Of a stretch of DNA of 64,000 bases, positions 33,771 to 45,272 are shown one piece after another. Position 1 is the stretch's first letter; each line of letters starts with the position of its first letter. The notes under the pieces were generated by a model. It saw nothing but the letters and a program-made list of their open reading frames with translations, had not been told where the DNA came from and did not search any database. The stretch is from Alloascoidea hylecoeti (Eukaryota): positions 62,001-126,000 of the forward strand of contig BCKZ01000004.1 of assembly GCA_001600815.1 (NCBI GenBank). Reading direction: 5' to 3'. Both the position numbers and the translations under genes were made by a program.

Positions 33771-35305
33771 TCAGAACAAAAGATCAAAGTCATCATTCTT
33801 TGTAGAAGTGTTTGATGTAGTGAGAGTATTTCCAGTTGAATTCTTATTATTCCATAAAATATCAATAGATGATTCTTTGTTTAATTGTTGTAAAGTTTTA
33901 TTTTGTGGAGTCGAGCCTCGTGAAGGGACGGATGAGGATGGTGTACTATGTGTTTTGGCCTTAGCAGTTGAAAACAACGAGGAGAATAAATCATCAGAAT
34001 TATTGTTATTTGATGGTTTTGGGGTAGGGTTTGACGACTTCATAGAAGTTGAATTTCCTACTAACCCAATGGAGTAATTGGGCCCTTGATTCACAGGAGT
34101 AGGGTTGCTATATGTCTGTGGAGATGATGTAGTGTTAATTGTAGTAGACGATAAAAGTGAAGAAAAATCACCCATTGCTGAAGAATTATTTGTATTGTTT
34201 GCGACATTAGTTGAAGAAGAAGAGACTACAAACAAATCTGATAATGTATTTTGGGTAGTGAAGGATGTTGATTTGTCCTTTGGTCTGGCATCTGCAGAGA
34301 CAAAATCATCAAAATCGTCATCCTCATCATCTCCAACGCTATTTGATTTTATATTATTATTAGATTTAGGAGCAGGCAAAGAAGAAACTGGTTCATCATC
34401 AAATGAGAATAGATCGGGGATGGCTTCTTGTGGTTTTGATCGTGGATTTGGTCTTGAAGTTTGTGGTTTTGGATTAGCTAATCGCGAATTTGGACCTCTA
34501 GATCTGGAATTGGTAGAAGTTGACCTCTGTGTTGAATGCTTTTGAGAACGAGCAACAGCAGCCCTTCCCGCCCTTGTACTAGCAGCTGGGGCAGGAACAT
34601 TATATTCCTCGAAATTAGAGGATCTTCTGTTACTTGAATAGTCGGAATTATCAAAAGTTCTTGATCGTTGTCCTGAATATCTGGAAACAGCATCACTTGA
34701 AACGCCTCGATATTTACTAGCATTCTCCTGAGCCTTTCTTCTTTCACTTCTTATCAAACCATCGTCGGATAATAAATGGATTAATTCTTTAGCTCTGTTT
34801 CTAACGTTAATACCTTGGTCTCTGCCAGAATCATCAATATAATCAAAACGTCCAAGGACTTTTATATATGCAGAATTAGCTTTGGCATCGTCGATAACTC
34901 TTTCACTTCCATTTTTTATTAAATATTCCAATAATGTTAAACTTTTATAAATTTGTCTCCATTCATGAGCTTCTTTTTCTTGAAATCTTCTAAAAATAAA
35001 TTCTATTACTTGTTGTCTTGTATCATAGGCATAAGTCCCTTCGGCAATTTCTCGCATTAAAGTACTACTGGCACCCCATGGCTCATTATTCGTAGCTTCT
35101 CTGACTTTTGCTTCGAGTTCAGTCAAGTTAAGAACAGCTATAATATTGTCTTAGATAATGTTTATAACAAATAACAAACTAGATAACAAACTAGATAACA
35201 AACTAGATAACAAATAAAAAGCCACGTACCATTTTGAGCTTTTCTAACATAAGCTTTAACTTCATATAATTGTAAACTATTAATTTTTTCTTTAATTAAA
35301 TCCAT
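33771..35305 (-). CDS. ENT3: Epsin-like ENTH-domain clathrin adaptor Ent3; exons 35305-35230 and 35137-33771
   Basis: Spliced N-terminus MDLIKEKINSLQLYEVKAYVRKAQNAVLNLTELEAKVREATNNEPWGAS is Ent3-type; WRQIYKSL.LLEYLIKNGSE; GRDQGINVR; acidic DDFDDF; DLF/DLL clathrin-adaptor motifs. Confidence 0.93.
35138..35229 (-). other. ENT3 intron (92 nt) containing a 12-bp tandem repeat
   Basis: GTACGT donor and TAG acceptor restore the frame; (ATAACAAACTAG) x3.7 at 35171-35214 on the plus strand; no canonical CTAAC. Confidence 0.85.
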
Positions 35306-35682
35306 TTGAATACTATTGTTATGAAATGATGATTAAGAAAACAAAATATTGAGGGTTTGATGTTGGAATAGTGTTTGCAGGTTTTTCAAGGCAAATTATG
35401 TCAAAAAATTAAAGTAAAATCCTAAGTGAAATTTCGAATTTACCTGAGTAACTGTTTATTTATTGTAGACAAAAAACAAAACACACACAAAAACAAAAAC
35501 AGAAACAAAGAAATTCACAAGATTTTCATTATCGGAATATCACATCTATCAAAGAAAATAAATTTATTATCATTAATAATCATATTTATTTATTTGTTAT
35601 CCAAAATAGATTCGCTATATACAAAGTAAAATAATTGGATATTTATATATATAAATCTCGAAACATATGTTAGTTAAAGAAT

Positions 35683-36345
35683 TTACTCGGAAGCTTCAGG
35701 AACTTCACCACTCTCTTTAATGAAAACTCTAGCTTTTGGTGCACCACTTTGAGTGCCTAAACCTTCAATAAATTGAACAATTTCATAACCTTTGGTAACC
35801 TCACCGAAAACAACGTGTTTGCCATCCAACCAAGGGCATTCAACTGTTGTAATGAAGAATTGAGATCCGTTAGTATTTGGTCCGGCATTGGCCATACTTA
35901 GTAAACCAGGTTTAGTATGACTTTTTTTGAAGTTTTCATCCTGAAATCTATCACCATAAATAGATTGACCGCCAGTACCATTACCTCTTGTAATATCGCC
36001 ACCTTGAATCATAAATTGTGGGATAATTCTATGAAAGGGGGAATTGGCAAACCCAAATCCCTTTTCACCGGTACATAAAGCACGGAAATTTTCAGCAGTT
36101 TTTGGAACAACTTCATCATAAAGTTCAAATTCTATAGTACCCAAAAGTTTCTCTATATTGAATAACATTAGTACTCGAAATGAGCATTGACCGAAATTGA
36201 CAAGAAATATTTACTTACCTCCATCCTTTGCAACAACGGCTGGCTTGAAGAAAACCTTTTTTCCAAAAGCGGAAACAGTAGAAGAGAATTGTCTAGAACT
36301 GAATTTTGCGATTGGTGAAAGTCTTAATGCTGATCGGTTAAACAT
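35683..36345 (-). CDS. CPR3: Mitochondrial cyclophilin (peptidyl-prolyl isomerase); exons 36345-36219 and 36152-35683, 198 aa
   Basis: Arg/Ser-rich presequence [22 protein letters not shown], then [10 protein letters not shown] as in Cpr3; [59 protein letters not shown]. Confidence 0.92.
36153..36218 (-). other. CPR3 intron (66 nt)
   Basis: GTAAGT donor, TACTAAT branch point, TAG acceptor; the join is in frame (G/AG = Glu). Confidence 0.9.
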
Positions 36346-36970
36346 TTTAATATTGATTATAAAGGTGGAAGACTGGTTTACAGATGTGAAAGATTTCCGA
36401 TTAAAATCCGGGTAATAATATATTTTCATTCAGAATATGGAAATTAAAAAGGCATAATGATTAGCTATAGCTGTAGATTCACAAAATTTCGACTCTAAGT
36501 TTCAATATCTTAAATTTATTAATATTAATGCTATTTGATTATATATAAATGCATTTCTAAAATGTATGAAATATAAATTAAAGCAAAAAGTGATTTGATT
36601 TTCATTGTAATTGCAATTGATACATAATGAGAAACTATCATTGTGATAGTCCTTGTAAATTTTTAGTTAACATGTTAAGATTGAGATTACGATATTAATG
36701 GTTGATTATGATAACCATAGAGCAATAATATAAGCTCATAGCTTGCTGAAGAAACACCAAAGTAGATCATTAATTTTATTTGTGTGTAAAAACAATCTAA
36801 AATGTTTATGTTCCTTTGAAGATCTTTTGCAATTTTTTTAGCAGCTATAGCCAATTGATTAACTATAATATATTTAATAATATGTTTCAAATTCTTAATT
36901 TGAGATTATAGGCCATTTGAATTGCAAATCTAACCAAAAGTTTGAACTGGGATTATATCTCAAAATCATA

Positions 36971-37480
36971 TTATAGAATTAAAGCGACGGCCACCACAAT
37001 TACTGCACCAAGAACACTAGGTTTGGGTTCCAGTTGCGTACTGTAGTCACTGGTTGGAATAGATTTATAATTATCCGCTGATTTGAGAGAGAAATCCATA
37101 GGAGAGGCGGAGGAATTTATAGCCCAATCTATGCCATAATCGAATGCAGATATAACTTTTTTATTCACATTAATACCATTTGCAATTGATATAGTATTGG
37201 CAGATTCAGCACTAGCAGCTGCGGAGATTATATCATCTTTCATTCCATATGCATCATTATTGATAGCCATATAAGCTGGATCTGATTCAGTCGTTATTGG
37301 CGCACAATTGCAATCACTAGATCTTGGTCCCACAGTCATTAATATCGGATATGAGTATATGATTAAAACAGACTCAAGTTCATTATTAATGCGATAACCA
37401 AAACTATTAAAGTTTTTCCCAGTGAAAATTCTAGTTATTTGGCCTGTTAATAAAGAGACCAAGCCCAAAAATGCCTTCAT
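36971..37480 (-). CDS. Hypothetical secreted / GPI-anchored small protein
   Basis: 169-aa ORF with hydrophobic N-terminus (MKAFLGLVSLL), Ala/Ser-rich middle and hydrophobic C-terminal tail PSVLGAVIVVAVALIL typical of GPI signals. Confidence 0.5.
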   Translation of the reverse strand: MKAFLGLVSLLTGQITRIFTGKNFNSFGYRINNELESVLIIYSYPILMTVGPRSSDCNCAPITTESDPAYMAINNDAYGMKDDIISAAASAESANTISIANGINVNKKVISAFDYGIDWAINSSASPMDFSLKSADNYKSIPTSDYSTQLEPKPSVLGAVIVVAVALIL

Positions 37481-39085
37481 TTACATATAAAAGCTAACCG
37501 AACAGAACATAACAAGAATTCCACTTGGGCAGATTCGAAGAGTATATATACAATATTCTCTAGTTGCTTCAAGTGTCTAATTTTTATTGAGCTTAAGATG
37601 AAGTATACGTATGCCCACAATTAACTGATATTATAACTAATTGGTGTGTCCATGGATTGATGATTATTTATCTCATTGTCATTTAATGTTATTGGGGTTA
37701 AAATGGAAATTTGGGGCTTTGATTTAAATCATTATAATTATTAATTGGCTATAAACTATAAGTATATAGATCTATAGACGCTATCCTATAGATACATAGC
37801 GCTATAGTTAATGATTCTCGAAATGCATTATCTAAAAAGAAAGAATCGCAATGCATATAATTGTGGATATATTATCAACAATATAAATATAACATTTTCA
37901 TAAAAGATGTATAATAGAGTTACTAATTCTAAGAATGCTTGAACCATTAAGCTTCGGACAATTACAATTACAATTTCAACAATTATAATGCAGTATATGT
38001 AACCTTTATTTCTTTGTTTAAATCCATGATTCCAATATCTAAAGAACAGATTTGAATGCATCATCTGCAACTAAATTAAGATATGATCAAGAGTTCGTTT
38101 ATATTGAATTTGCATTGCAATTGACAAATACATCAATATTAATGGCAATGATTACCAAGATACCAAATTTAGCTAGTTATATAAATATTTATTGTAAATA
38201 TGAATGTATATGTGCACTAATATTGATATATATTATAGTTAACTCTTTATACTTATAAGCCGATCGATAATTAATACCATGATCAATGGCATTGGAAGTT
38301 TCATTGTTAACGCTGTCAAAATTAACAATACAAGTAGACCACTTAATATGTAGATGCATGTGTACCTAGATGCAGCAATTGCAATATTAATTTCTTTCCT
38401 TACTTTTCTAAGTAACAATCCTATTCTATTGTGGGCATCCAGTTCGATAGCTAGTTATTTCTTAACATGAGTTATTAATATCATAAACAGTACCATAATA
38501 ATTAGGTATATATTCGTGTATCATCACGATAGAAATTTTAATGGAATTAAGTTTATAGTTCTTTATTAAATTTTAAACATTTGATCAAGACACCTGGATA
38601 TGCATAATGACGAGAAGACTATATATTAATGCATCCAAACAAAATAAATGCGTTACATGAACATAAACGACATTTATTAGCCCGATTTTACAATAAGAAC
38701 CGCTGTAAAATTCGTTTACATATGGAGGAAACAGTAAAAACCACTACATATGTAGAGCTTAGAGATTTATTAAAAGAAAAAAATAACTCCACATTATTAC
38801 AAAAAAGACTTAGCTATAACTGATATTATTAAGTGTTTGCAATTGACAGTGAACGAATGATACAGCGAAATATCTTCTAAAATTGAGCAAAATACCATTT
38901 GCTTAACGTGACGAATGTATCTTGTATCCATGCGCTAATACTTGTTTCCTTCACCGTTTAATATCAGTATATCCTCTGACAACCCGCCAGTTCATAGCTT
39001 TAATAGCTATAAAAGTGTTCCATTTAACACATTCTAACTATATACCTATCTACATATATATTTCCTATAATTCTTAATCCTATCT

Positions 39086-42000
39086 TTATTGCTGTTGTTG
39101 CAAATAAAGAATCCTTTGTTTTAAAACATCAACCATAACATAAATACAAGGCCAAACACAATTAACATCTTCATCATCATTATTATAATGATTATTATTA
39201 TTATTATAAACACCAATATCATTTATATTTCTTTTCCCATTATTATTATTATTATTTTTATGATTCCCATTATGATCATAATTTGAATATTTATCAGATA
39301 AAAGGTCAATACATAATTTTAATAAATTAATTGATAATTCATATCTATTAATTTTTTCACCATTTGAATTAACTTCATTATTATTTTGATGTGATTGTGA
39401 TTTTTCATTAAAATTAAAATTATTCATTGTTAATTTTCGAATTTCTTCATCTTGTCGTTGTTGTGAATTTAAATTTGATATATTATGAAGACCATTAGTT
39501 TTATCATGCTCAAGGTCTTCAGTTTTTATAAATAAATCATTTTGTAATAAACCATTTTCAGTACATTCATCTCTATTATCATCTTTACTAATTGAATTTA
39601 TATTGTTATTGAAATTTAAACTTTGAATATGGTTAATATAATTAGTATTTTTATTATCCAAATTTTCATTAAAGGGAAACGCATTAATACCATCATTACC
39701 GTTATTTCCATTACCCCATCCACCTGAATTATTTTGTAAAAAATTGACGTAGTTATAACTGAAAGCATGTAAATCAAAGGGATTAAATTGTGGTATGGAT
39801 AGTTCATTATTATTATTATTATTATTACTATTAGCATTACTATTGCTATTGTTGTTGTTATAATATGGTGATGGTTGATTGATATTGATATTTAATTTTT
39901 GATTTGAATTAGAAGTTATTGGAGCAAATAAAATCACCAATGTATTAATTCTATTCGAAATTGATAAAAATTCATCATTGAAATTAATATTTTGATTGCT
40001 ATTATTATCATTATTATTACTTTGATCATTTATAACATTTTTAAAAATTATTGATTCTGTAAAAACTGATAAAATTAAACATGATTCATATAATATTTTC
40101 AACCAATTAATAAATAAATTTTTAAAATTATTTAAACATGATATTTTATAAGCTTGAAAATTTTGAATTATAGTAACGCATAAATTCAATAACTTTAATA
40201 AATATGATAAATTTGATAAGTTTGATGAATTTGTTGAATCTGCAATTGAAATATTAATCATCTCTTTTTTAAACTTGTTTAATGATTCATTGAATTCATT
40301 ATTAATTATTATATTATTATTACTATTGTAAGAAATTGAGTAAATTATATCTTTAACATCTTTCCAATTTTTTAAAAATGTAAACTCAGAATGATTTTTA
40401 TCGTTAAAATTCTTATGATTGTTTGTAATATTTATAAAATAATTATTTAAATCATAATTCAACAATAATGGAGCTTGATCTCTTAATAAAACAGCATCAT
40501 AAGGATCCATATTATTATTATTATTGTTATTATCAATTTTTGAACATTTTGAAATAAATAATTTAATAACTGATTTATAAACCTCATCTCTATTAATTTT
40601 GTTGTTTTCATGATCATTAATATTAAGATTGTTATTATTTAATAAATTGATAATATAATCATCTTGTAATTGATTAATATAACAAATTATAGCATATAAA
40701 TTAAAACTTCCAATATTTTTATAATTCCAATTTAAGTGATCATTAATAAATTGATTAAAAGTTTTGGTTTCATGTTCTTCGTGTTCATTTGGATTACCAT
40801 TTAATCCATTTTCATATTCATTATTTAGGAATTTTAATTGAAACCAATTTTCAGCACTATCAATTTTCCATTCATTTTCATTTAAATTATTATAGATTAA
40901 ATCATTCCAATTAAAAAGATTATAATTATTTAAGTGATTGTTACTGATAAAAGAATAATTTAAATTAATACCTAAAGAAACAATAATTGAAATACCCCAT
41001 ATAATCCGATATTTTAATTGATTATTTCTCCAGGAAATCCAGGTATCTCTTATATCATTATCAATATCATTTTCATCGCTATCGTTATTATTTATATTTG
41101 AAAGTGAAGACATTACTAAATGAATTAATGATTTAACTTGTGATAAAGCAATTTGTCTTGTACTATTGTCATTAGATAACAATCCATACCAAACAGATAA
41201 TGTCAAAGTTGTTAATAACCATTTTGAAGTTGTTTGATGATTTAAATTTGTATTTCCATTTCCAGTTTCACTTCTTTCTCTTGATCTACTACTTCCATTA
41301 CTAGCATTTGAAATTGGACTTAAGTTACCTATACTACTTTTTCTTCTTGCAATATTAATTGATAAATTTTTCTTTCTAGTCGATAAATAAACATGAATTA
41401 TTCTTCTTGAAATCTCAAACAGATTTTTTGATTCTTTAATTGCATCATTATTAGTATAATTCAAGTTTATATTATTTGTAAGACCATCATTTGTATTATC
41501 ATTTTTACTAAATAATGAACCTAAACAACATAAAACGATTAATAATGGAACTTCATCTTTACTAAAATAATCAGTGAATGATAACATTGGTAAATGATAA
41601 TCAATGAATTTAAAATATAATAATAAATAGTAATTTAATTTTTCAACTTTTGGCAAGCTTAGATTATTAGGTAACATGGAGGGTGATTGAGTTGATGATG
41701 AAAGGTTTGAAGAGGGAGTGGAAGCTTTATATGATAATAGTAAATCGTTTAAATAATTGTATAGAGATTTTGTAATGAAGTAATTATTAAATAAATCAGG
41801 ATTAAATTCAGGTAATTTAATTGAGAATAACGAATGTAAACAACCAGTCAATTCATGGTCCAATTGTAAGCGTTTCTTTTCATGACTATGAGAATTATTA
41901 TGATTATCCATAGAAATATCAAATAAATCTTCATCATCATCGAAGGATTCTTGAGGTTGTAGCTGTGGAGTAGAGAACCCCATTGTAACTTGTTCGGTTG

Positions 42001-42640
42001 TTGGACCTATTATTTGATTTTGATTGATATTAAAAGCCTCCCTGTCGTTTGTGTAAGTAGTAGCTGAGGTTGCAGAGAAAGAGTTATGTCTAGATCTGTG
42101 ACCATGATTAGCAGATGCAGAAGTTGATGTCGATGATGATGATGGAATCAAAGATGAAAATAAAGCATAATGATTTTTATAAGGATTCGTATCATCATAT
42201 TGATTCTGAGTAGAATCTAAACCATTGAAATTTTGAATATCGGAAATTTTTTGTTGGGAAGAGCCTGAAGTTGAAGTGGAAGGTTGATTATTCATATTAA
42301 CATCTTTTGTACCCGTATTATTGAGATTTCTCTTTCGACTTCTTGGACCTTGATAAACTCCATGTAGTTTCTTTTCATGTCTCAACAATAAATCTCTTCT
42401 TGCAAAGGACCTTCCGCAAACAATGCAGCTATAAGGTTTTTCATTCGTGTGAGATCTAACGTGTCTTTTTAAATGTTCGTGCCTGACGAAGCCTCGAGTA
42501 CACAACGGACAAATGTGGGGTCTGGGTTTATCAGTTTTGATTACCGTTGCTTTGGGGGGGATTGGCAGGATGGGCAGCTGCTGGTTTTGACGGAGAATAT
42601 CAGGACTAACACCCAGAGGAAGAGAGGGTGGGGTGGGCAT
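39086..42640 (-). CDS. C2H2 zinc-finger transcription factor, Tda9/Rsf2 (Adr1/AmdX-related) type
   Basis: IKTDKPRPHICPLCTRGFVRHEHLKRHVRSHTNEKPYSCIVCGRSFARRDLLLRHEKKLH; RHNSFSA and GFSTPQL motifs shared with Adr1/Tda9/Rsf2; fungal TF middle region YFKFIDYHLPML; Asn-rich. Start placed at ATG 42640; the ORF extends to 42718. Confidence 0.85.
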   Translation of the reverse strand: MPTPPSLPLGVSPDILRQNQQLPILPIPPKATVIKTDKPRPHICPLCTRGFVRHEHLKRHVRSHTNEKPYSCIVCGRSFARRDLLLRHEKKLHGVYQGPRSRKRNLNNTGTKDVNMNNQPSTSTSGSSQQKISDIQNFNGLDSTQNQYDDTNPYKNHYALFSSLIPSSSSTSTSASANHGHRSRHNSFSATSATTYTNDREAFNINQNQIIGPTTEQVTMGFSTPQLQPQESFDDDEDLFDISMDNHNNSHSHEKKRLQLDHELTGCLHSLFSIKLPEFNPDLFNNYFITKSLYNYLNDLLLSYKASTPSSNLSSSTQSPSMLPNNLSLPKVEKLNYYLLLYFKFIDYHLPMLSFTDYFSKDEVPLLIVLCCLGSLFSKNDNTNDGLTNNINLNYTNNDAIKESKNLFEISRRIIHVYLSTRKKNLSINIARRKSSIGNLSPISNASNGSSRSRERSETGNGNTNLNHQTTSKWLLTTLTLSVWYGLLSNDNSTRQIALSQVKSLIHLVMSSLSNINNNDSDENDIDNDIRDTWISWRNNQLKYRIIWGISIIVSLGINLNYSFISNNHLNNYNLFNWNDLIYNNLNENEWKIDSAENWFQLKFLNNEYENGLNGNPNEHEEHETKTFNQFINDHLNWNYKNIGSFNLYAIICYINQLQDDYIINLLNNNNLNINDHENNKINRDEVYKSVIKLFISKCSKIDNNNNNNNMDPYDAVLLRDQAPLLLNYDLNNYFINITNNHKNFNDKNHSEFTFLKNWKDVKDIIYSISYNSNNNIIINNEFNESLNKFKKEMINISIADSTNSSNLSNLSYLLKLLNLCVTIIQNFQAYKISCLNNFKNLFINWLKILYESCLILSVFTESIIFKNVINDQSNNNDNNSNQNINFNDEFLSISNRINTLVILFAPITSNSNQKLNININQPSPYYNNNNSNSNANSNNNNNNNELSIPQFNPFDLHAFSYNYVNFLQNNSGGWGNGNNGNDGINAFPFNENLDNKNTNYINHIQSLNFNNNINSISKDDNRDECTENGLLQNDLFIKTEDLEHDKTNGLHNISNLNSQQRQDEEIRKLTMNNFNFNEKSQSHQNNNEVNSNGEKINRYELSINLLKLCIDLLSDKYSNYDHNGNHKNNNNNNGKRNINDIGVYNNNNNHYNNDDEDVNCVWPCIYVMVDVLKQRILYLQQQQ

Positions 42641-42843
42641 GGACGGGGCGAATTTAAAGGGACGACTACAAATGAAAGGAGTGGAAGGATGAAAATCGAT
42701 ATATTTATATTTATACATCCCCGCTAATATCTTCTTAGCTAATATTATTTTTTAGTGTATTTTAATATCGTCACGTGGTTTCATATAAATATAATAAATT
42801 CTATAAGTTTTATTTTATTATTTTATATTTATACTTATATTCT

Positions 42844-44086
42844 TCACTTGAACAATTTAGCTAGAGAAACTTGTCCTTCTTCATTTCTCGACATAACCTT
42901 AGCAACTGCTAACTCAAAATCTTCTTGAGTGACGTGAATCCGACGTTCCCTTAATGCATACATACCAGCTTCAGTGCAAACACCTTTAACTTCTGCTCCT
43001 GAACTTCCATTCATCTTCTCTGCAATTTTTCTTAAGTTAATACCCCTTGTAAGATTCATTGATCTTGAATGAATTTTAAGGATATCAGTACGTGCTTCAA
43101 CTGTTGGTGGAGGAAATTCAATCTTTCTATCAATACGTCCGGGTCGTAATAAAGCTGGATCTAAAATATCCAAACGATTTGTAGCCATGATGATTTTAAT
43201 ATCTTTTGAACTTTCAAACCCATCTAATTGATTAAGTAATTCTAACATTGTTCTTTGTACTTCTGAATCACCTCCACTGCTACCTTCAACTCTACTCGAA
43301 CCAATCGAATCAATTTCATCCATAAATATAATACTTGGTGCATGTTCTCTTGCCATAATAAACAATTCACGAACCATTCTACTACCTTCACCGATATATT
43401 TTTGTACCAATTCTGATCCACTAACTCTAATGAATTTACATTCAGTATGATGAGCAACAGCACGAGCTAATAAAGTTTTACCGGTTCCTGGAGGACCATA
43501 TAAAATAACACCTTTTGGTTGATCAATACCTAAAGATTCAAAAAGTTCGGGATGTTTCACAGGTAATTCAATAACTTCTTTAATTTCTTTAATTTGTTTA
43601 TCTAAACCACCAACCATATCATAGGTTGAATCGGGTACTTTTTCAACCATCATTAGAGATACCAGTGGATCTACTTTGTTGGGTAATATTTGATGTAATT
43701 CATAACTATCAGATCTTAAACAAACTCTTAAGCTTGGTGTTATCTTTTTAATATCAATATCTGATGAAACATTTACTACAAACTTTCCTTCTGGGTGGAC
43801 TTTAACAAGGACTTTACCTTTCCCCATTACTTTAACAACCTCACCGACATAAGAACCAGGTTCTTGCAATAATTTCAACTCATCTTTTAAAGAACGAACA
43901 TTTGAATTGAGAGCATTACGTTGTGCTTCTAAACGACGTAAGTTTTCAGTCCTTTGGTTAATTTTAATTTCCGTTTCCTGTATCATTTGTTCAAAGAACT
44001 ACATTTTTGTTAGTTAGCAAATGTAAGTGATGAGAAAGAAAGAGACATACCGGCTGAATACCGCTTTTATCAATTGTCGTAGTCAT
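42844..44086 (-). CDS. RPT6: 26S proteasome AAA-ATPase Rpt6; exons 44086-44051 and 43998-42844, 396 aa
   Basis: Spliced start [71 protein letters not shown]-terminal AKLFK. Confidence 0.97.
43999..44050 (-). other. RPT6 intron (52 nt)
   Basis: GTATGT donor, GCTAACTAAC branch point, TAG acceptor, phase 0. Confidence 0.92.
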
Positions 44087-44131
44087 GGTGGATGTTCTAA
44101 AGTTGATAATGTCTCCAAGTATTTTAGTATT

Positions 44132-44140
44132 AGTGGCAAA
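44132..44140 (+). promoter_or_regulatory. PACE-like Rpn4 site upstream of RPT6
   Basis: AGTGGCAAA (PACE consensus GGTGGCAAA) about 45 bp upstream of a proteasome gene ATG. Confidence 0.75.
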
Positions 44141-45272
44141 ATGAGATTCTGAGATGGTGTTGCACCCATACACCTCTTCCGTCAAAAACCAAAACGAAAT
44201 CTAAGAAACCTCCTGTTCTTCAGTGTTCTCTGGCTAGCTTTCCAAATTCCAGGGCCTTTAAATAAATAATAAGAATGTTAAAGAAATTGACGGTTTCTTC
44301 TATTTTTTCGTTGTCCATGCAGTGGCCATGCAGTGGTTCTTTCAATATCCCACGTTTTCAATATTTTTTGTTCAGGTCCAGATATCCGGAATTGACATAT
44401 ACAAGTAGTACTAGCGTAAATTTTTATATAAAACTGAATGTTCGTTATCTTGTAGTAAAAGGTAATTGGTAACAGATGTGAATGTTTGAACAAAATGCTT
44501 AATAAGTACTTCTTAATAGTGTTGATCACAACCATTCATAGCTAGGCTTGAATCTATCGAAGATCATTCAAAATTTATAGTATCATTAGTTAAAAGCTGA
44601 AACACTTCGAAAATAATACGAAATAGCTGAATAAGATTTATAACTCCATTCGTCCGGTTATACTCATAAGCTTACACTGATTGGCACCTAAATATCGAGA
44701 TCTATATTGAAATTTACAACTCGAGCTCTGATTGTGAATATATTCCAGTTGTAACCAGATAGACCACTGGATGAAGGCTTTGCGATTGTCTTTGACACTT
44801 GATACGTTTGTACGCGGATCACACAAAAACCATTAAAAAAATGTAAATGTCCACCCACACTTTATTCTTTAAAAATCAGAATATTGGAGTAGAAACACAA
44901 AGAATAGTAAAAGTAGCATCTGAGAATGAAATAAATATATAAAAATAATAATGTAACTTAGGGTAAATTATTTACTTGACGAAGAGGCATGTTGTTATCA
45001 GTGATTCAGTGTAATAATGTACAAAAACAATCTAAAAGTTTGAGTGAGCTTATATTCTAATTATTTCGCCAATAAGTATTCTGTAACCTGACGAAAGAAT
45101 TTAAACCAAAGTCAAATGCATCCAGTGGAGTAAGGTTCTCTACGATGAGAATAATGATATCTTCGGGGAGATCTATGGCTTTTATGAAGGTGAGGTGGAT
45201 CCAGAATGATGTGCCACTGTGCTGTCTGGAGGACTTATACTTCTCCTGAATATAAAAATATTATAAAATGGT

